The notes: a model not told the origin generated them from the sequence alone. A stretch of 64,000 nt of DNA from Eledone cirrhosa (GCA_964016885.1 OZ024747.1:71548001-71612000), one strand, 5' to 3'. Counted from the first letter of the stretch, positions 13,588 through 28,008 are shown. Numbers and translations: made by a program.

Positions 13588-14031
13588 TATCAACGATATT
13601 AAATAAATGGAAACTATATTTATATAAACATATTTATTCTATTATTTATATTTCAAGGGTACCAAAATTTTGGTACGCTCTCATCAGATAAAATACAAAG
13701 TTTGTTTTATAAATATTGACATATCCAGGAAGAAGAACTTAACGGTTCAAGTTTTTCCTGGATACAGGAAAAACTTGAACCGTTAAGTTCTTCTTCCTGG
13801 ATATGTCAATATTTATAAAACAAACTTTGTATTTTATCTGATGAGAGCGTACCAAAATTTTGGTACCCTTGAAATATATATAATAGAATAAATATGTTTA
13901 TATAAATATAGTTTCCATTTATTTAATATCGTTGATATTATACTCCAGAAAACTTGTCGAGTGCTTCGAATCAGTTATAAACATATATATATATTTGTTG
14001 AATTACCAACAAATTAAATATCCCTTTTGCT
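13588..14031. mobile_element. PLE family A-related fold-back element: 173-bp arms (13588-13760 / 13765-13937), 4-nt loop, tail to 14031
   Basis: Near-perfect inverted repeat similar to the ends of 21151-25790; TA-repeat flanks. Confidence 0.85.
13830..13890 (+). ncRNA. Minimal hammerhead ribozyme (mirror copy in left arm)
   Basis: TATTTTAT-CTGATGA-GAGCGTACCAAAATTTTGGTACCCTT-GAAA-TATATA-TA-ATAGAATA. Confidence 0.85.
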
Positions 14032-14102
14032 TATATATATATGTATATATATATACATTCATATATATTCATATATATATATGTGTCTGTGTGTGTGTGT
14101 GA

Positions 14103-15135
<1,033 letters not shown>

Positions 15136-15162
15136 TACACACATATATATATATATATATAT

Positions 15163-15482
15163 AGGGCGAGTAAAATTCCCGAGATCCATGGACGAGTTCT
15201 CTCCAGCGGTCTCTGTCCCTCATTATCGCTGCCATGTCCTGCGTCTCCAACAGATCAGTGTCTGTCCTTAGGGCATCAACATACGTTAACCTTGGTCTTC
15301 CTCTTCCAGTGTTTCCATGCAGGGCTTCCCACAGGAGCACTGGATACAATGTCAACTCTAGATGTCGGTGAGCATGTCCAGGTAACCTCAGTCTCCTCTG
15401 TGTCACTTTTGAGCTGACTTTTGGGAGGCTCCCATACAGTTCTGAGTTTTTCATCCTCAGTGTATACTGATTAATGTTCAGA

Positions 15483-15486
<4 letters not shown>
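15163..15486 (-). mobile_element. 3' end fragment of an RTE-like LINE
   Basis: Translation [44 protein letters not shown] resembles RTE-clade ORF C-termini; (TA)n on both sides. Confidence 0.75.
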
Positions 15487-15551
<65 letters not shown>

Positions 15552-16672
15552 TTTAATGTTTTGAGTTTAAATTCTACTGGGGGTCGTCTTTCGCTTTCAT
15601 GATTCCAGGGGTAGATAAAATAATTACCAGTTAAGTATTTTTGGCATCATGCTTATGTTAGAAATCATTATCGTTATCATAGAACGTAGAAAGATTATTG
15701 AAGGCAGACTTGATAGAACGTTGGCTGAAATTGTTTGTGATGTTTAGTTATGTAATGAGTTAAATATGTACTAGTCATGGGCCATAGTCCATCTAATTGA
15801 TTACCCCAAATTCGTGGCTACGTTAAAAAGTATTATTTTTACCATCGAAATGATAGACCAATGTATATTATGCCTTGTCTTATTTCTTGTTACACTGTGT
15901 ATTTAAATCCCAACGGGGCTGATATTCGCCTTCGACCTGCAGAGATGGCTAAAATAAATACCAGTAATATATTGGATTAGATTAAATCGATCAAATGCCT
16001 CCTCTAACAATTTACAGCTTTGCGCCAGTACTAGAGTCATTATTATAGCTTAAAATGTAATAAAACCTTATTAGTAGTGTATCCAACACTATTAAAATAA
16101 TATTATTGGGAAGAATGTTGCAGTATATTACATACCGTATAATTCAGCAACTGAACGAAGTTGATCTTCGCGGTAACCTGATATATTTGGATGAAGAATA
16201 TGGAAATTAGAAAATATATATTTCTCTGTCGATCGCTTTGTATCGAGGAGATGAGTAAAACATTGCCATTTAAATATATTGAGATATAAGAGAAATAGAG
16301 GTGTGTAGGTTGTGGCTGGGGATAATTTCCTGTCTTCTCTAGCAGAAAATTGTGATACAGAAGAAAATAATAGGATTATAAGCACTCGGTTTGATTAGAA
16401 CGCCATAGAGAAATGAAATGATATTGACCAGAGAGGACCTTGTTTTAATGATACTTTCAAACTCTGCAGCGTTAGACACAATTATTACCTGATTTTGAAT
16501 TGTTCTGTATGCTGTACCTATTGTCTTTCATGGTGTTGAACAAATCATAAAATTTATCCTTCGCCAAACACTTCTTTAAGTCATTTTGAACTTGGTTCTT
16601 GTTTGATAGTATAATTTTATTATGCCCCGGGGAATAAGAAAGACGGTGGGTGAACGTTATTGGATCCGTGGA

Positions 16673-16708
16673 ATAGATAGATAGATAGATCGATAGATGG
16701 TAGGTAGG

Positions 16709-16773
<65 letters not shown>

Positions 16774-16794
16774 CGATCGATAGATGGTAGGTAA

Positions 16795-16877
<83 letters not shown>
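16673..16877. repeat. (GATA)n microsatellite with no LINE insertion
   Basis: Direct reading. Confidence 0.95.
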
Positions 16878-16878
<1 letters not shown>

Positions 16879-17689
16879 CACTGTTCATAATCATATCTAT
16901 ACATATAATTCTAAAATCCTTGGTTTTCTTGGAAGTTTCCATAGTCTAACCCTTCCCTTCTCCTCAGTCATTGACGCCGAAACGGAAAAATTTCACTGAC
17001 TCTAACTGCGGCGTCAGTAATGGCTATTACGATGCTAGGCATTACGCATGGCAATGTGGGTAGGGAAGGGTTTCTTTATGACTCATTCATATTTCCGTTT
17101 TGCTGACGACATTTTGCCGTCAAATACCTGACCACTGCATTTGACTAACACCTAATACAAAAGCACACTAACAATGTATTAATTCTTTGCAGAAGATAAA
17201 GGAAACTTCTTACGTGTTTTTGCTTAATTCGATTCTAAGACATGAGCTTCTCACTTGCAGACATTTTCCCAGGAGCTGAAGTCGCGGTGCACTAAGGTTC
17301 GTGCAGATTATTCTCCAGAATTACACAAGAGAGAGTAAGGGGCAGATAGCATGAGAGAGGGGGAGATAGGGGGGTAGCTGCGGGGAGATGGGTAGGAAGA
17401 AGGAAGAAGAAATTATATCTGAATTGATGATGCATTTCTAATTTCTAAGGTATGAAATGGTAAAAGTTTTGATAGATCCTGTTCACTTCCTCTTGTCATC
17501 TGGCTGTCTGCGTAGATCAGTCTTTTGACCACAATTATCAAATGAGTCACTTTATGTTGGCGATGAAGTGTCTCATAATCTCTAATATATCTAAATCCAA
17601 TACCCCTCTAAACACTGTCACTGTGTTTCACAGCAGAAAATTACTGCTTATTGCTACTACTGACAAGTTGTGCCTCTTTCATTGCTAAT

Positions 17690-18210
17690 AGCTGCACCAC
17701 CACTACCAACAACATCGACACTGCTACCAACAACCATCACCAGTAACATCATTACCATTATCACCACCACCAACAACAACGGTGGCACCACTATTACCAA
17801 TTGCGTAAAGTAACCTTGAGGTCATCACCGCAACAGCCACCATCGTAACCACTAGACAATACACAAATCGCCATCACTACCTTAAGTGTTACGTCACAGA
17901 TACCATTAGCACATCAACTCATCACCACCATGTCTATCTCTACTAACAATATACTACTACCACCACTATCACCTACTACTACCACCACTATCACCTACTA
18001 CTAACACTACTACCACCACTGCCACTTAATACTACTACTACCACTATTATTACTACTACTTCTAGTAAAAACACTGCCACTACTACTACGACTTCTAATA
18101 CTAACAATGCTACTACTACTTCTAGTAATAACACTACCACTATTACAACTACTTCTAGTACTAACCCTGCTGCTACTACTACTACTAACACAACTACCAT
18201 TAACACTACA

Positions 18211-18241
<31 letters not shown>

Positions 18242-18800
18242 TTCCTATTGTTATTGTTACTAACGGAACTTGTATTAACACTAAACTTCATTTCTATTAC
18301 AAACCCCGTCGCTTCTAACAATTACATCAATAACTAACCCAAATCACACCTTACTATATTTTATAAAGGGATGATAGTTGGAATAATGTAATACTAGACT
18401 CATTGCCTCTAGAAATAAGACGAGATGGTCACGACTAGAATGCCTTTGAGGAGAGCTGAGCTGAGACTAAACAATAACACCTCTAGCTGCAAGTACATCT
18501 GACTAGCTGCGATTCATTTATTATTACAATCATCATCATAAACCGCACCCCCACCATCATCATAATCATCTACAAGATCATCACTATCAACATCACCATC
18601 ACCACGATCACACCCTTCATCAACATCATCATTATCGCCACCATCGTCATCATTATCACCACCATCACCACAAATATAAGCACCATTATCATCCTCACCA
18701 CCACCCCTATCATTATTATCCTCACCACCACCACTATCATTATCATCACCGGCACTCATTATAATTATCACCTTCACACCAACCTTCAAAACCATCATCA
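17690..18800. repeat. Degenerate trinucleotide low-complexity tracts (ACC/ACT/ATC)
   Basis: Direct reading; source of the poly-V/S/L/D pseudo-ORFs. Confidence 0.85.
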
Positions 18801-19109
18801 CTTGTTTTGCCAACGGAAGCAAGGGAGACAACTGAAGAAAGACTATGTACATGCAATGCTGCACCTGAGTCCCAATCAATTAAAACAAGTTTCCTTGCTC
18901 CTGATACTTCCTCATATCTATCTCCGACATGATGACAATAGTGTTTTCCACATAATCAGACGTCTCTTTTGTTTGTGTAGGATGCGTCCCCTCTTTTGTA
19001 CAGCATCAGCCAAAGCACACAAAAGTGGGCGCAGTATCAGATGACAAATGTTTCCGACAGGTGGTGATTTAGTCTGACCACCAAACATATGCCACTATAG
19101 TTGTGGACG

Positions 19110-19375
19110 CGCCGAGGTTAACTTTGCCCTTTCAACCTTACGGGGTTCGATAAAATAAAGTACCAGTCCCGCACTGGGGTCGATTTAATCAACTTTCTCC
19201 TCCCCCAAAATTGCTGGCCTTGTGCCTATATAAGAAACCATTATAGTTGTGGACGCAAAAGCCGGTAGATTAGCATCATCGGTAGAGCGTCGGACAAAAT
19301 GCTTTCCGGCATATAATTACGTACTTTTACGTTCTTAGTTCAAATCCCGCCGAGGTTAGCTTTGTCTTTCATCCA
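19110..19375 (+). mobile_element. Two adjacent SINE copies: a 5'-truncated one (19110-19240) and a head fragment (19260-19375)
   Basis: Family core and 3' end; TATAGTTGTGGACGC duplicated around the first copy. Confidence 0.8.
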
Positions 19376-19931
19376 TGGTCAATGATTTTGGGATGTCATG
19401 TACATGGCTACATTCCTTCATAGCAGTGGGTGGGGGGGGGGCTGAACTGGCTTGTATAACAAAGAAAATACTAGTAAATTACTGTATTGAGGTGCCCTTC
19501 TCGTGCATTAGAGTAACTGATAACTAAATTTCATTTATTAGGAATCTAATTAGTATTAATATCTATATGCTTTCTCTTTAGCTAAGTGTTAGACCTGGCA
19601 TACTTACTTCCACTCAAATAACCTTCCTTGATTCTCATATGCTGAAATTACTTTCTTACCCCCATTAGAGATAGTTGTAAAGATTTCTCCTTAACACCTG
19701 ACTGGCTTGGCCCCACAGGTCAGATAGTCATCTTACTCCCTCCCCTTTGTTATACAAGCCAATTTAGCCCCCTACCCACTACTATGAAGGAATGTAGCCA
19801 TGTACATGACATCCCAAAATCATTGACCACTCCCCGTGACAGACAAGAAAAACAACACATTTTTAGGTTTGTTTGATTAGATACTTCTGCTTTTTTTTTT
19901 TGTTTTGACTGCATGCCCATATATGGACTGT

Positions 19932-20027
19932 ACCCCTTGGTGAGTTCAGATAGATTCCCGCCGTCCTAATACTGCTGGCTTAGTTCGGATCTAGCTGTCG
20001 AAACGGCCGGAGCTCAGCCGTCGGGGT
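19932..20027 (+). ncRNA. Degenerate type I hammerhead with full stem III (family C)
   Basis: ACCCC-TTGGTGA (2 changes from CTGATGA)-long stem II-GAAA-CGGC..GCCG-TC-GGGGT. Confidence 0.6.
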
Positions 20028-20203
20028 CCTGACTCTTTTCATATTACCCACGCTACTACGCTAAGTATCGAGTACTCTAGTGCGAACGGTCCACCTGGTT
20101 TCTTACCGCACTTTCTTTGTTGTTCTTTTTCATTTATTTTTATTTATTTAAATTTAAATTAAAATGGCGTAGACATACAATACAACAGGAGGAAGCATAA
20201 TAT

Positions 20204-20235
20204 TACCACTGATGATGTTGCAGATGTGCAACGAA

Positions 20236-20241
<6 letters not shown>
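20204..20241 (+). ncRNA. Hammerhead core lacking the 3' strand of stem I
   Basis: CTGATGA-T-GTTGCA GATG TGCAAC-GAAA-GAC-TA then (TA)n; upstream AAATGGCGTAG matches family B. Confidence 0.6.
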
Positions 20242-20277
<36 letters not shown>

Positions 20278-20281
<4 letters not shown>

Positions 20282-20477
20282 AACCAGTAAGACCCCGACA
20301 GCTGAGCTCAAGCCGTTTCGACGGCTAATTCTGGACGGCTAATTCAGAATTAGCCGTCGAAACGGCTTGAGCTCAGCTGTCGGGGTCTTACTGGTTCCTA
20401 TTACCCACTCTACTACCTCAAGTATTGAGTACTTTGGTGCGTTATGGTCCACCTGGTTCCTTACCACATTTCCTTCG

Positions 20478-20480
<3 letters not shown>
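20278..20480. mobile_element. PLE family C mini-hairpin with one-sided tail
   Basis: Arms ~20278-20334 / 20347-20401 homologous to 19990-20040; tail homologous to 20040-20120; other pieces at 2706-2754, 25828-25885, 50941-51023. Confidence 0.75.
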
Positions 20481-20536
<56 letters not shown>

Positions 20537-20743
20537 TATCTGTATTTTTTAACCGCGGGTCAATCAATGATAAACATTAATTGCCAAATAAATTAACTAT
20601 CGAGATATAAAAGATACAGAAGCGAACACCAACAAAACAGTGAGTGTGTTCTGTTATTATTTCTGGCAATATTACAAAAATATGACTCCCCAAGTATAAC
20701 AATAGTTGTTTCGACACACGATTTCATATCAAAAACATTGCAA

Positions 20744-20861
<118 letters not shown>

Positions 20862-20962
20862 TATATATATACATACTGAAGTACAAGATAAGTGAAACTA
20901 TCCAAGAGTGAGAGCACTCAGTCCATAGGACGAGTTTAGTATAAATAATTACAACAGTGACA

Positions 20963-21018
20963 CAAACAGGTACTCAAGTTTCGTTGGCTTCTGGGCTCCA
21001 ACTCATTCAGCTTGTCTG
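20963..21018 (-). ncRNA. Hammerhead ribozyme with a 1-nt insertion in the first core box
   Basis: CAGACAAG-CTGAATGA-GTTGG..CCAAC-GAAA-CTTGAG-TA-CCTGTTTG within a ~210-bp insert between TA tracts. Confidence 0.65.
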
Positions 21019-21095
21019 AGAAAAATAAAAACAAAGATGGCTGCTTAGGGTTTATTGTGCTCTCATTTTAGGAATATAACATAAGTATATATATA

Positions 21096-21155
<60 letters not shown>

Positions 21156-21186
21156 TAAATGGAAACTATATTTATAAAACCATATT

Positions 21187-21252
21187 TATTTCATTATACA
21201 TATTTCAAGGGCAACCAGGGCAAATTATGGTGCGCTTTCATCAGATAAAATA
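21187..21252 (-). ncRNA. Minimal hammerhead in the 3' pLTR of family A (inverted copy at 25603-25668 has GAAA>GAAT)
   Basis: TATTTTAT-CTGATGA-stem II-GAAA-TATGTA-TA-ATGAAATA, sense to the ORF. Confidence 0.8.
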
Positions 21253-22609
21253 CAGATTTGTTTTATAAATAAATATTGACATACCTTGAAAAAAGACAAC
21301 CTTAACGGTTGGAGCTTCCTGGATAGTGGAGATAATATTTTATTGAGGGTAATACAAAGTTATGAGTGAGTATACAAATGAGTGTCCGAAAGGTTGAAAA
21401 GATAACGGTTTATTTAAATTAAACTGTTGGAAGAAGATGATAAGTAAGGGAGAGAGAAAAAAAAAAAAAAAAAAAAAGAAAGGAGAAAGATAGAAGAGTA
21501 AAGAAAGAACGATTATACATATTGATAGTGAAGAGAGAGTGAATGAAGAAATAAGTTTCAAAGGAGAAATATACACAGCGTAAGTATATCTAAGTGAAAG
21601 AAGAAATAAGATTAACGTGGAAGAATAATATTTATAATGCAGGGTTCATTACATTTTGATTACAATACTTATATTGATAGGTTGAAAAATTAGATTAAAA
21701 TTAAAAATTAGAAATCAAAATTAAAGATTAAAATTTGCCTTAATATTAAAGATTTAATTTAATAATTTAATATTAATAATTATATTATATTAAGATGTAT
21801 TAGTAATAATATATTGGTTTAAATGTGTATGTTAAGGATTATAAATTATTTAAATAAATATATATTATTTTACATTAGAGAAAATCTAGTATAGTTTATT
21901 TTATTAAAAGTTGTAAGTCAAAATTTAAACATCCAAATAATTCTAAATTTATGAAAAATTTACGAGAGTTTACAAAGGAATAACCACTTAATTATATTAT
22001 AAAAGAAGTTAGAAGTGATTTTTTTAGATCTGAGATGACTCCAAGGATTAAATGTTATAAAGTTAAAAATTTTATAAAGTTAAACATTTTTTATCTTAAG
22101 AATATAATTAAAACATGAACCATATGTTATTTTATACGAAGTCATAAATTTACTTGCTATAAAGTTAAACAATTTACTTGCTATAAAGTTAAAAAATTAA
22201 AAACAATTTATCTTAAGAATATATTTAAAGCATAAACCACATATATATAAAAAAAACTATATATAAAAATCATGTTTTTCCACATATATATAAACATTTG
22301 GATATATATATTAAAAACGTTGGAAGATACAAAAATATTGGAAGATATGAAAATAATGGTTTTTCTATATCTTTCAAATGAACTTTCAAAAACATTTTTT
22401 CCAAAACCTTCCGTAAGTTTTTCAAGAAAAGTTTTTCTTAAAGGAGTTTCAAGCAGTCATATAAAAAAAAATTGATAATCTATAGATAAGTGTAATAATA
22501 TAAAGTATATAGTATATATATGAGGTAGAGATAATAGAAAGTAAATTAAATATATATGAATCATATATAGATATAGAAAACATTATGTAAAGGAGATAAA
22601 TCATATATT

Positions 22610-24474
22610 ACATCTTATATATATATTTAAAAGTGAGTTTAAACGATGTTTAGAGGAACTAAATAAATTATTTCGCAGATTAATAGAGTTCTTACTTTTT
22701 AGTATAAAGAATATTTCTTCAACGCAAAGTGAGCAATTTTTGGATAAAGCAGTGTATGAAGGAGCTTTGGAGATAATTTTCCAAAGTAAAGAATAGTTAA
22801 TATTCTTGGATTTTAAGTCCCTAATAAGTTAGATAGAGAAGTTGAAGATTTTTTACCAATATTCGTAAAGGAACATTTATGGTTATTAAAACGAGATTTG
22901 AAGTCTGTGGAAGTAGAGCCGACATAGTTAAAGGAGTTTTCATTTGTTTTGACATTACAATTGTATACTATATTTTTAACTAAACAATTATTATTTAGAG
23001 GACAGATAGATTTATTTCTACAATTACATTTATCTGAATTTATATTATTGGGAGCCGTAACATTATATTGGATATTGCTAAGGGTATTAATGCTATTTTG
23101 GTTAGGTTTTAAGTTTCTATTATTAATTCTATTAATATTCTGCGCTAAATTCATAGTGGTGGAATATGAGAGTTTGATAGTATGTCTATTAAAGATTGAG
23201 TAATACATGTGTGTCTTAGGAAAGCACTTATCTAGAGCTTTAAAAAATAATTTAGCTATAGGAGTTTTAATACTTAATGAGAAAGGAGGAGCGAACCATA
23301 ATATATTTCTAGTTCTATTTTTTCTTTTGATTTTCGAGTTAGTGCAAGGTTTCTTATTATAATTATATTTATAGTTATGGTTAATTGGCACATCCTTATT
23401 GTCAATGTATTTAATTTCATTACTATAGCCTGCTCTACCTAACGCTTCGTTATAATATTGTGCCTTATCTTCAAATATATTTTTATTCGCTGAAATTCTA
23501 GAAATACGTTGCTGCACAGAATTTACAATAGTGTTTTTAACGGATCTGGGGTGATTGGAATTAAAGTTAACATAGTTTAAATTATCATTTATTTTATGAA
23601 ATGGATAATAAAGACCAGTATTAAGGTTTAAAATTACATCTAAAAAATTAACTATTTTATAATTATTCTCTACTTCTACTTTAAGATTAACGCTATTAAA
23701 AAATTGTATAATTTCTTTTCTTTTCCTATTTATTTCACAATTATTATTATTTTCAATAAGTAATAGCATATCGTCACAATATAAACCACCGGTCATCTCC
23801 GGTATTTTCCTGTGTAAAGTATTGTTAATAAAAAGCCCCACAAGATCAGTTAATTGCGCCAGGTCCGATGACCCCATAGTGATATCCAAATTGTTATCCC
23901 TATCTGCTCTAGACTAAAGGTGGTTGCTAAATTTAATTAATGTTTTACGTGCAGTTAAGATAATGTGCATTTCATTGCTAGTTAAATATGTATATTTAAA
24001 TGCATATGTAAGGGCTTTATTAAGTAGATTAGGAGTGATAGATGAGTAATAATTAGCAATATCCAATTGAATGAATTTATTGTTATGATTATATTTAATG
24101 TCCTTAAACCAGTCAATAATTTCATTAGTCGCATTCCATAATTTTAAATACGATATTTCCTTAAGTTGTGGTATGATTCTATCTAAAATATTCTTGCTAA
24201 GTATGCCAAGGTCCGATTTAGATGGTGCAATCAATCTAACTGGTAATTCAATTTCAAAATTTCTTTTATGGTCCTTCAAATTAATTTTTGGTTTCCTAGG
24301 TATGAAGGATTGAGTCCTATTTTCGATGACTAATTCCTGCATTATATAAGAAGCTTCAGTATTTAGTTTCTCAAGGTCATCATTGGCTGCTCTTTAGTAA
24401 TTCTTCTTTAATTCCTTCAATATAAGATCATTGTAATCATCCTTTTGCATTCCGTAAAGATTGTTGGTTTTATC
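22610..24474 (-). pseudogene. Disrupted PLE RT + GIY-YIG ORF
   Basis: DKTNNLY, LKDHK, FIQLDIANYYSSI, DITMGS, GLYCDD, NFLDV, WFAPPFS, CNC..CPL..C, IVY..YVGST..FKSRFNNH; broken by stops and a frameshift near 22815. Confidence 0.9.
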
Positions 24475-25786
24475 TGAAACTCCTTTAAGATAAATTTTCT
24501 TGAAATATTTACGGAAGGTTTTTTGAAAAATTTTTTTGAAAGTTCCTTTGAAAGATATAGAAAAACCATTATTTTCATATCTTCCAATATTTTTATATCT
24601 TCCAACGTTTTTAATATATATATCCAAATGTTTATATATATGTGGAAAAACATATGATTTTTATATATAGGTTTTTTATATATATGTGGAATAACCTATG
24701 GTTTATGCTTTAAATATATTCTTAAGATAAATTTTTTTTTATTTTTTAACTTTATAGCAAGTAAATTGTTTAACTTTATAAAATGTTTAACTTTATAACA
24801 TTTAATCCTTGGAGTCATCTCAGATCTTAAAAAATCACATCTAACTTCTTTTATAATATAATTAAGTGGTTATTCCTTTGTAAACTCTCGTAAATTTTTC
24901 ATAAATTTAGAATTATTTGGATATTTAAATGTTGACTTACAACTTTTAATAAAATAAACTATACTAGATTTTCTCTAATGTAAAATAATATATATTTATT
25001 TAAATAATTTATAATCCTTAACATACACATTTAAACCAATATATTATTACTAATACATCTTAATATAATATAATTATTAATATTAAATTATTAAATTAAA
25101 TCTTTAATATTAAGGCAAATTTTAATTTTTAATTTTGATTTCTAATTTTTAATTTTAATCTAATTTTTCAACCTATCATTATAAGTATTGTAATCAAAAC
25201 GTAATGAACCCTGCATTATAAATATTATTCTTCCACGTTAATCTTATTTCTTCTTTCACTTAGATATACTTACGCTGTGTATATTTCTCCTTTGAAACTT
25301 ATTTCTTCATTCACTCTATCTTCACGATCAATATGTATAATCGTTCTTTCTTTACTCTTCTATCTTTCTCCTTTCTTTTTTCGTTTTTTCTTTTTTTTTT
25401 CTCTCCCTTACATATCACCTTCTTCCAACAGCTTAATTTAAATAAACCGATATCTTTTCAACCTTTCGGACACTCATTTGTATACTCACTCATAACTTTG
25501 TATTACCCTCAATAAAATATTATCTCCACTATCCAGGAAGGTCCAACCGTTAAGGTTGTCTTTTTTCAGGGTATGTCAATATTTATTTATAAAACAAATC
25601 TGTATTTTATCTGATGAAAGCGCACCATAATTTGCCTTGGTTGTCCTTGAATTATGTATAATAAAATAAATATGGTTTTATAAATATAGTTTCCATTTAT
25701 TAATATATTGTATATTTATTCCACGCTTTATATTAGTTATAAAAGTGTTTAAGCTTGTTGAATCCCAACAAATTAAATATAACCTC

Positions 25787-25830
<44 letters not shown>

Positions 25831-26265
25831 AACCAGTAAGACCCCGACAGCTGAGCTCAAGCCGTTTCGACGGCTAATTCTGGACTAAATGAAAATTTAT
25901 CCTGGTTTTTAAATACCAGGATAAATTTTCATTTCAAATGTATACACACATTCATATACTCATACATGTATGAGTATATGAATGTGTGTATACATTTATT
26001 TCATATTTATGTGTCTATACGCATTTTATCTGTGGATTATAAACTTACAGAGACATTAGCCTTGAATTTTTGTATTTGCATACATCTTTTTGGCATGCGT
26101 ATGCATGTGAACATATATCTTTATGTAAATATGTGTACGAAGTTAATTACATGTATATACACACACCAAACTGCATAAAAATTTTTGTATTTTCATTGGT
26201 CAATTTGAACTCTGTTCCCAAACGGACCTGAAATTTTGAATTGTTGTTATTATCAATAAATATAT

Positions 26266-26420
26266 TTCATTATTTCTGAAGACGGCATATATATGTGTTT
26301 GGTATGTATATTTAATTTTGATAGTTTGTATAATTTTGTATAATTTTGTACATAGATCTGTTGAATATGCATGCCAATTCTAACACATATATATCCTAGA
26401 AACGATCGTTAAATAATGAA
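26266..26420 (+). ncRNA. Hammerhead ribozyme with a ~116-nt stem II
   Basis: 10-bp stem I TTCATTATTT/AAATAATGAA, CTGAAGA, long paired stem II, GAAA, palindromic CGATCG, TT. Confidence 0.75.
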
Positions 26421-26614
26421 CTTTTTTTGTTTAATATAAGGAACAGTTTCATTGTTTTATTCGTTATTTTTTTAATATTTTATCTTGACTCTGTATTCCG
26501 TTTATCTTTCACCGAAAGTGATTTTTCATTGCATCTCTTCTTTCCATGATATCCGGATTACATTGAGTTCTTCATACGGATTGGACACTACCGTAAACTC
26601 TTGGTAGATTTATC

Positions 26615-26722
<108 letters not shown>

Positions 26723-26877
26723 AATATCAATGCATATATATATAAACATATATGTATGAATGCATATATATATATATGTATATAAATGGATATTTATATA
26801 TATCATACATATATATAAATGCATATATATATATATTTATATATATATGTATATATATGTGTGTGTGTGTGTGTGTC

Positions 26878-26942
<65 letters not shown>

Positions 26943-27071
26943 GTGTGTGTGCGTGTGTGTGCGTGTGTGTGTGTGTGTGTATAAATGCATATTTATTTAT
27001 ATCATACATGTATATAAATGTATATATATATACGTATATATATATATATGCATTTATATATATGTATGATA

Positions 27072-27112
<41 letters not shown>

Positions 27113-27225
27113 ATATATATAATATATATAAATGCATATATATATATATACGTATATATATATATGCATTTATATATATGTATGATATATATAAATATGA
27201 ATTTATATACATATATATATATATA

Positions 27226-27560
27226 TTAATAAAAGGAATTCCAACTTTGTCTGATTTATTCGTTTTATTTACAATCCTTTAAAATTTATAATGGTATTAG
27301 AATGAAATAGTATGGTAGAATATTAAATGTTCAGTGTTAATTGAACAAGTACTTTCATGCTTTCGCAATCTTCAGGTTCATAATGTGTGGTGACAGTCAA
27401 GTTTGCAATTTTCAACACTTAACATTTAATATTCTACCATACTATTTAATTCTAATACCATTATAAATTTTAAAGGATTGTAAATAAAACGATTAAATCA
27501 GACAAAGTGGAATTCCTTTTATTAAATATAATCTTCTATACACAATCATACACACCCGTG
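27226..27560. mobile_element. PLE-type hairpin (arms ~27226-27338 / 27416-27525, tail to ~27560)
   Basis: Inverted repeat in TA-rich microsatellite, HHR in the spacer. Confidence 0.8.
27342..27380 (-). ncRNA. 39-nt minimal hammerhead ribozyme
   Basis: TGAAC-CTGAAGA-TTGC GAAA GCAT-GAAA-GTAC-TT-GTTCA. Confidence 0.8.
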
Positions 27561-27562
27561 TA

Positions 27563-27602
<40 letters not shown>

Positions 27603-27776
27603 GATAGATATATGTATAAAAATGCATATTTATATATCTCATACATATATATAAATGCATATATATATATATATACGTATATATATATATACGTATATAT
27701 ATATATGTATATATATATGTATATATACATATATAAATACACATATATATATATGTGTGTATATATACATATATAC

Positions 27777-27807
<31 letters not shown>

Positions 27808-27974
27808 CATATATAGATATATATATACATATATATATACGTATATATATATATATACATATATAGATATATACATATATATATACGTATATATATACAT
27901 ATATACGTATATATATATATATACATATATATACATATATACATATATATATACATACATATACATATATATAA

Positions 27975-28008
<34 letters not shown>

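Larger units (their letters stand above)
21151..25790 (-). mobile_element. 5'-truncated Penelope-like element, family A (Hydra-clade-like by motif, inference), with ~1.25-kb inverted pLTRs
   Basis: Inverted arms 21151-22451 and 24475-25704, tail to 25790, internal RT/GIY-YIG frames, HHR in each arm, (TA)n flanks. Confidence 0.93.

Noticed and set aside
17991-18879. Poly-V/S/L/D ORFs
   Set aside because: Degenerate trinucleotide repeats open in several frames
24394-24653. ORFs 24394..24627, 24417..24653 and 22272..22475 as the PLE N-terminus
   Set aside because: Mostly antisense reading of the inverted pLTR arm; true RT sequence starts at the junction near 24474
21151-25704. Reading the 1.25-kb inverted arms as DNA-transposon TIRs
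   Set aside because: The interior encodes RT and GIY-YIG, the arms carry HHRs and are asymmetric, which fits inverted pLTRs
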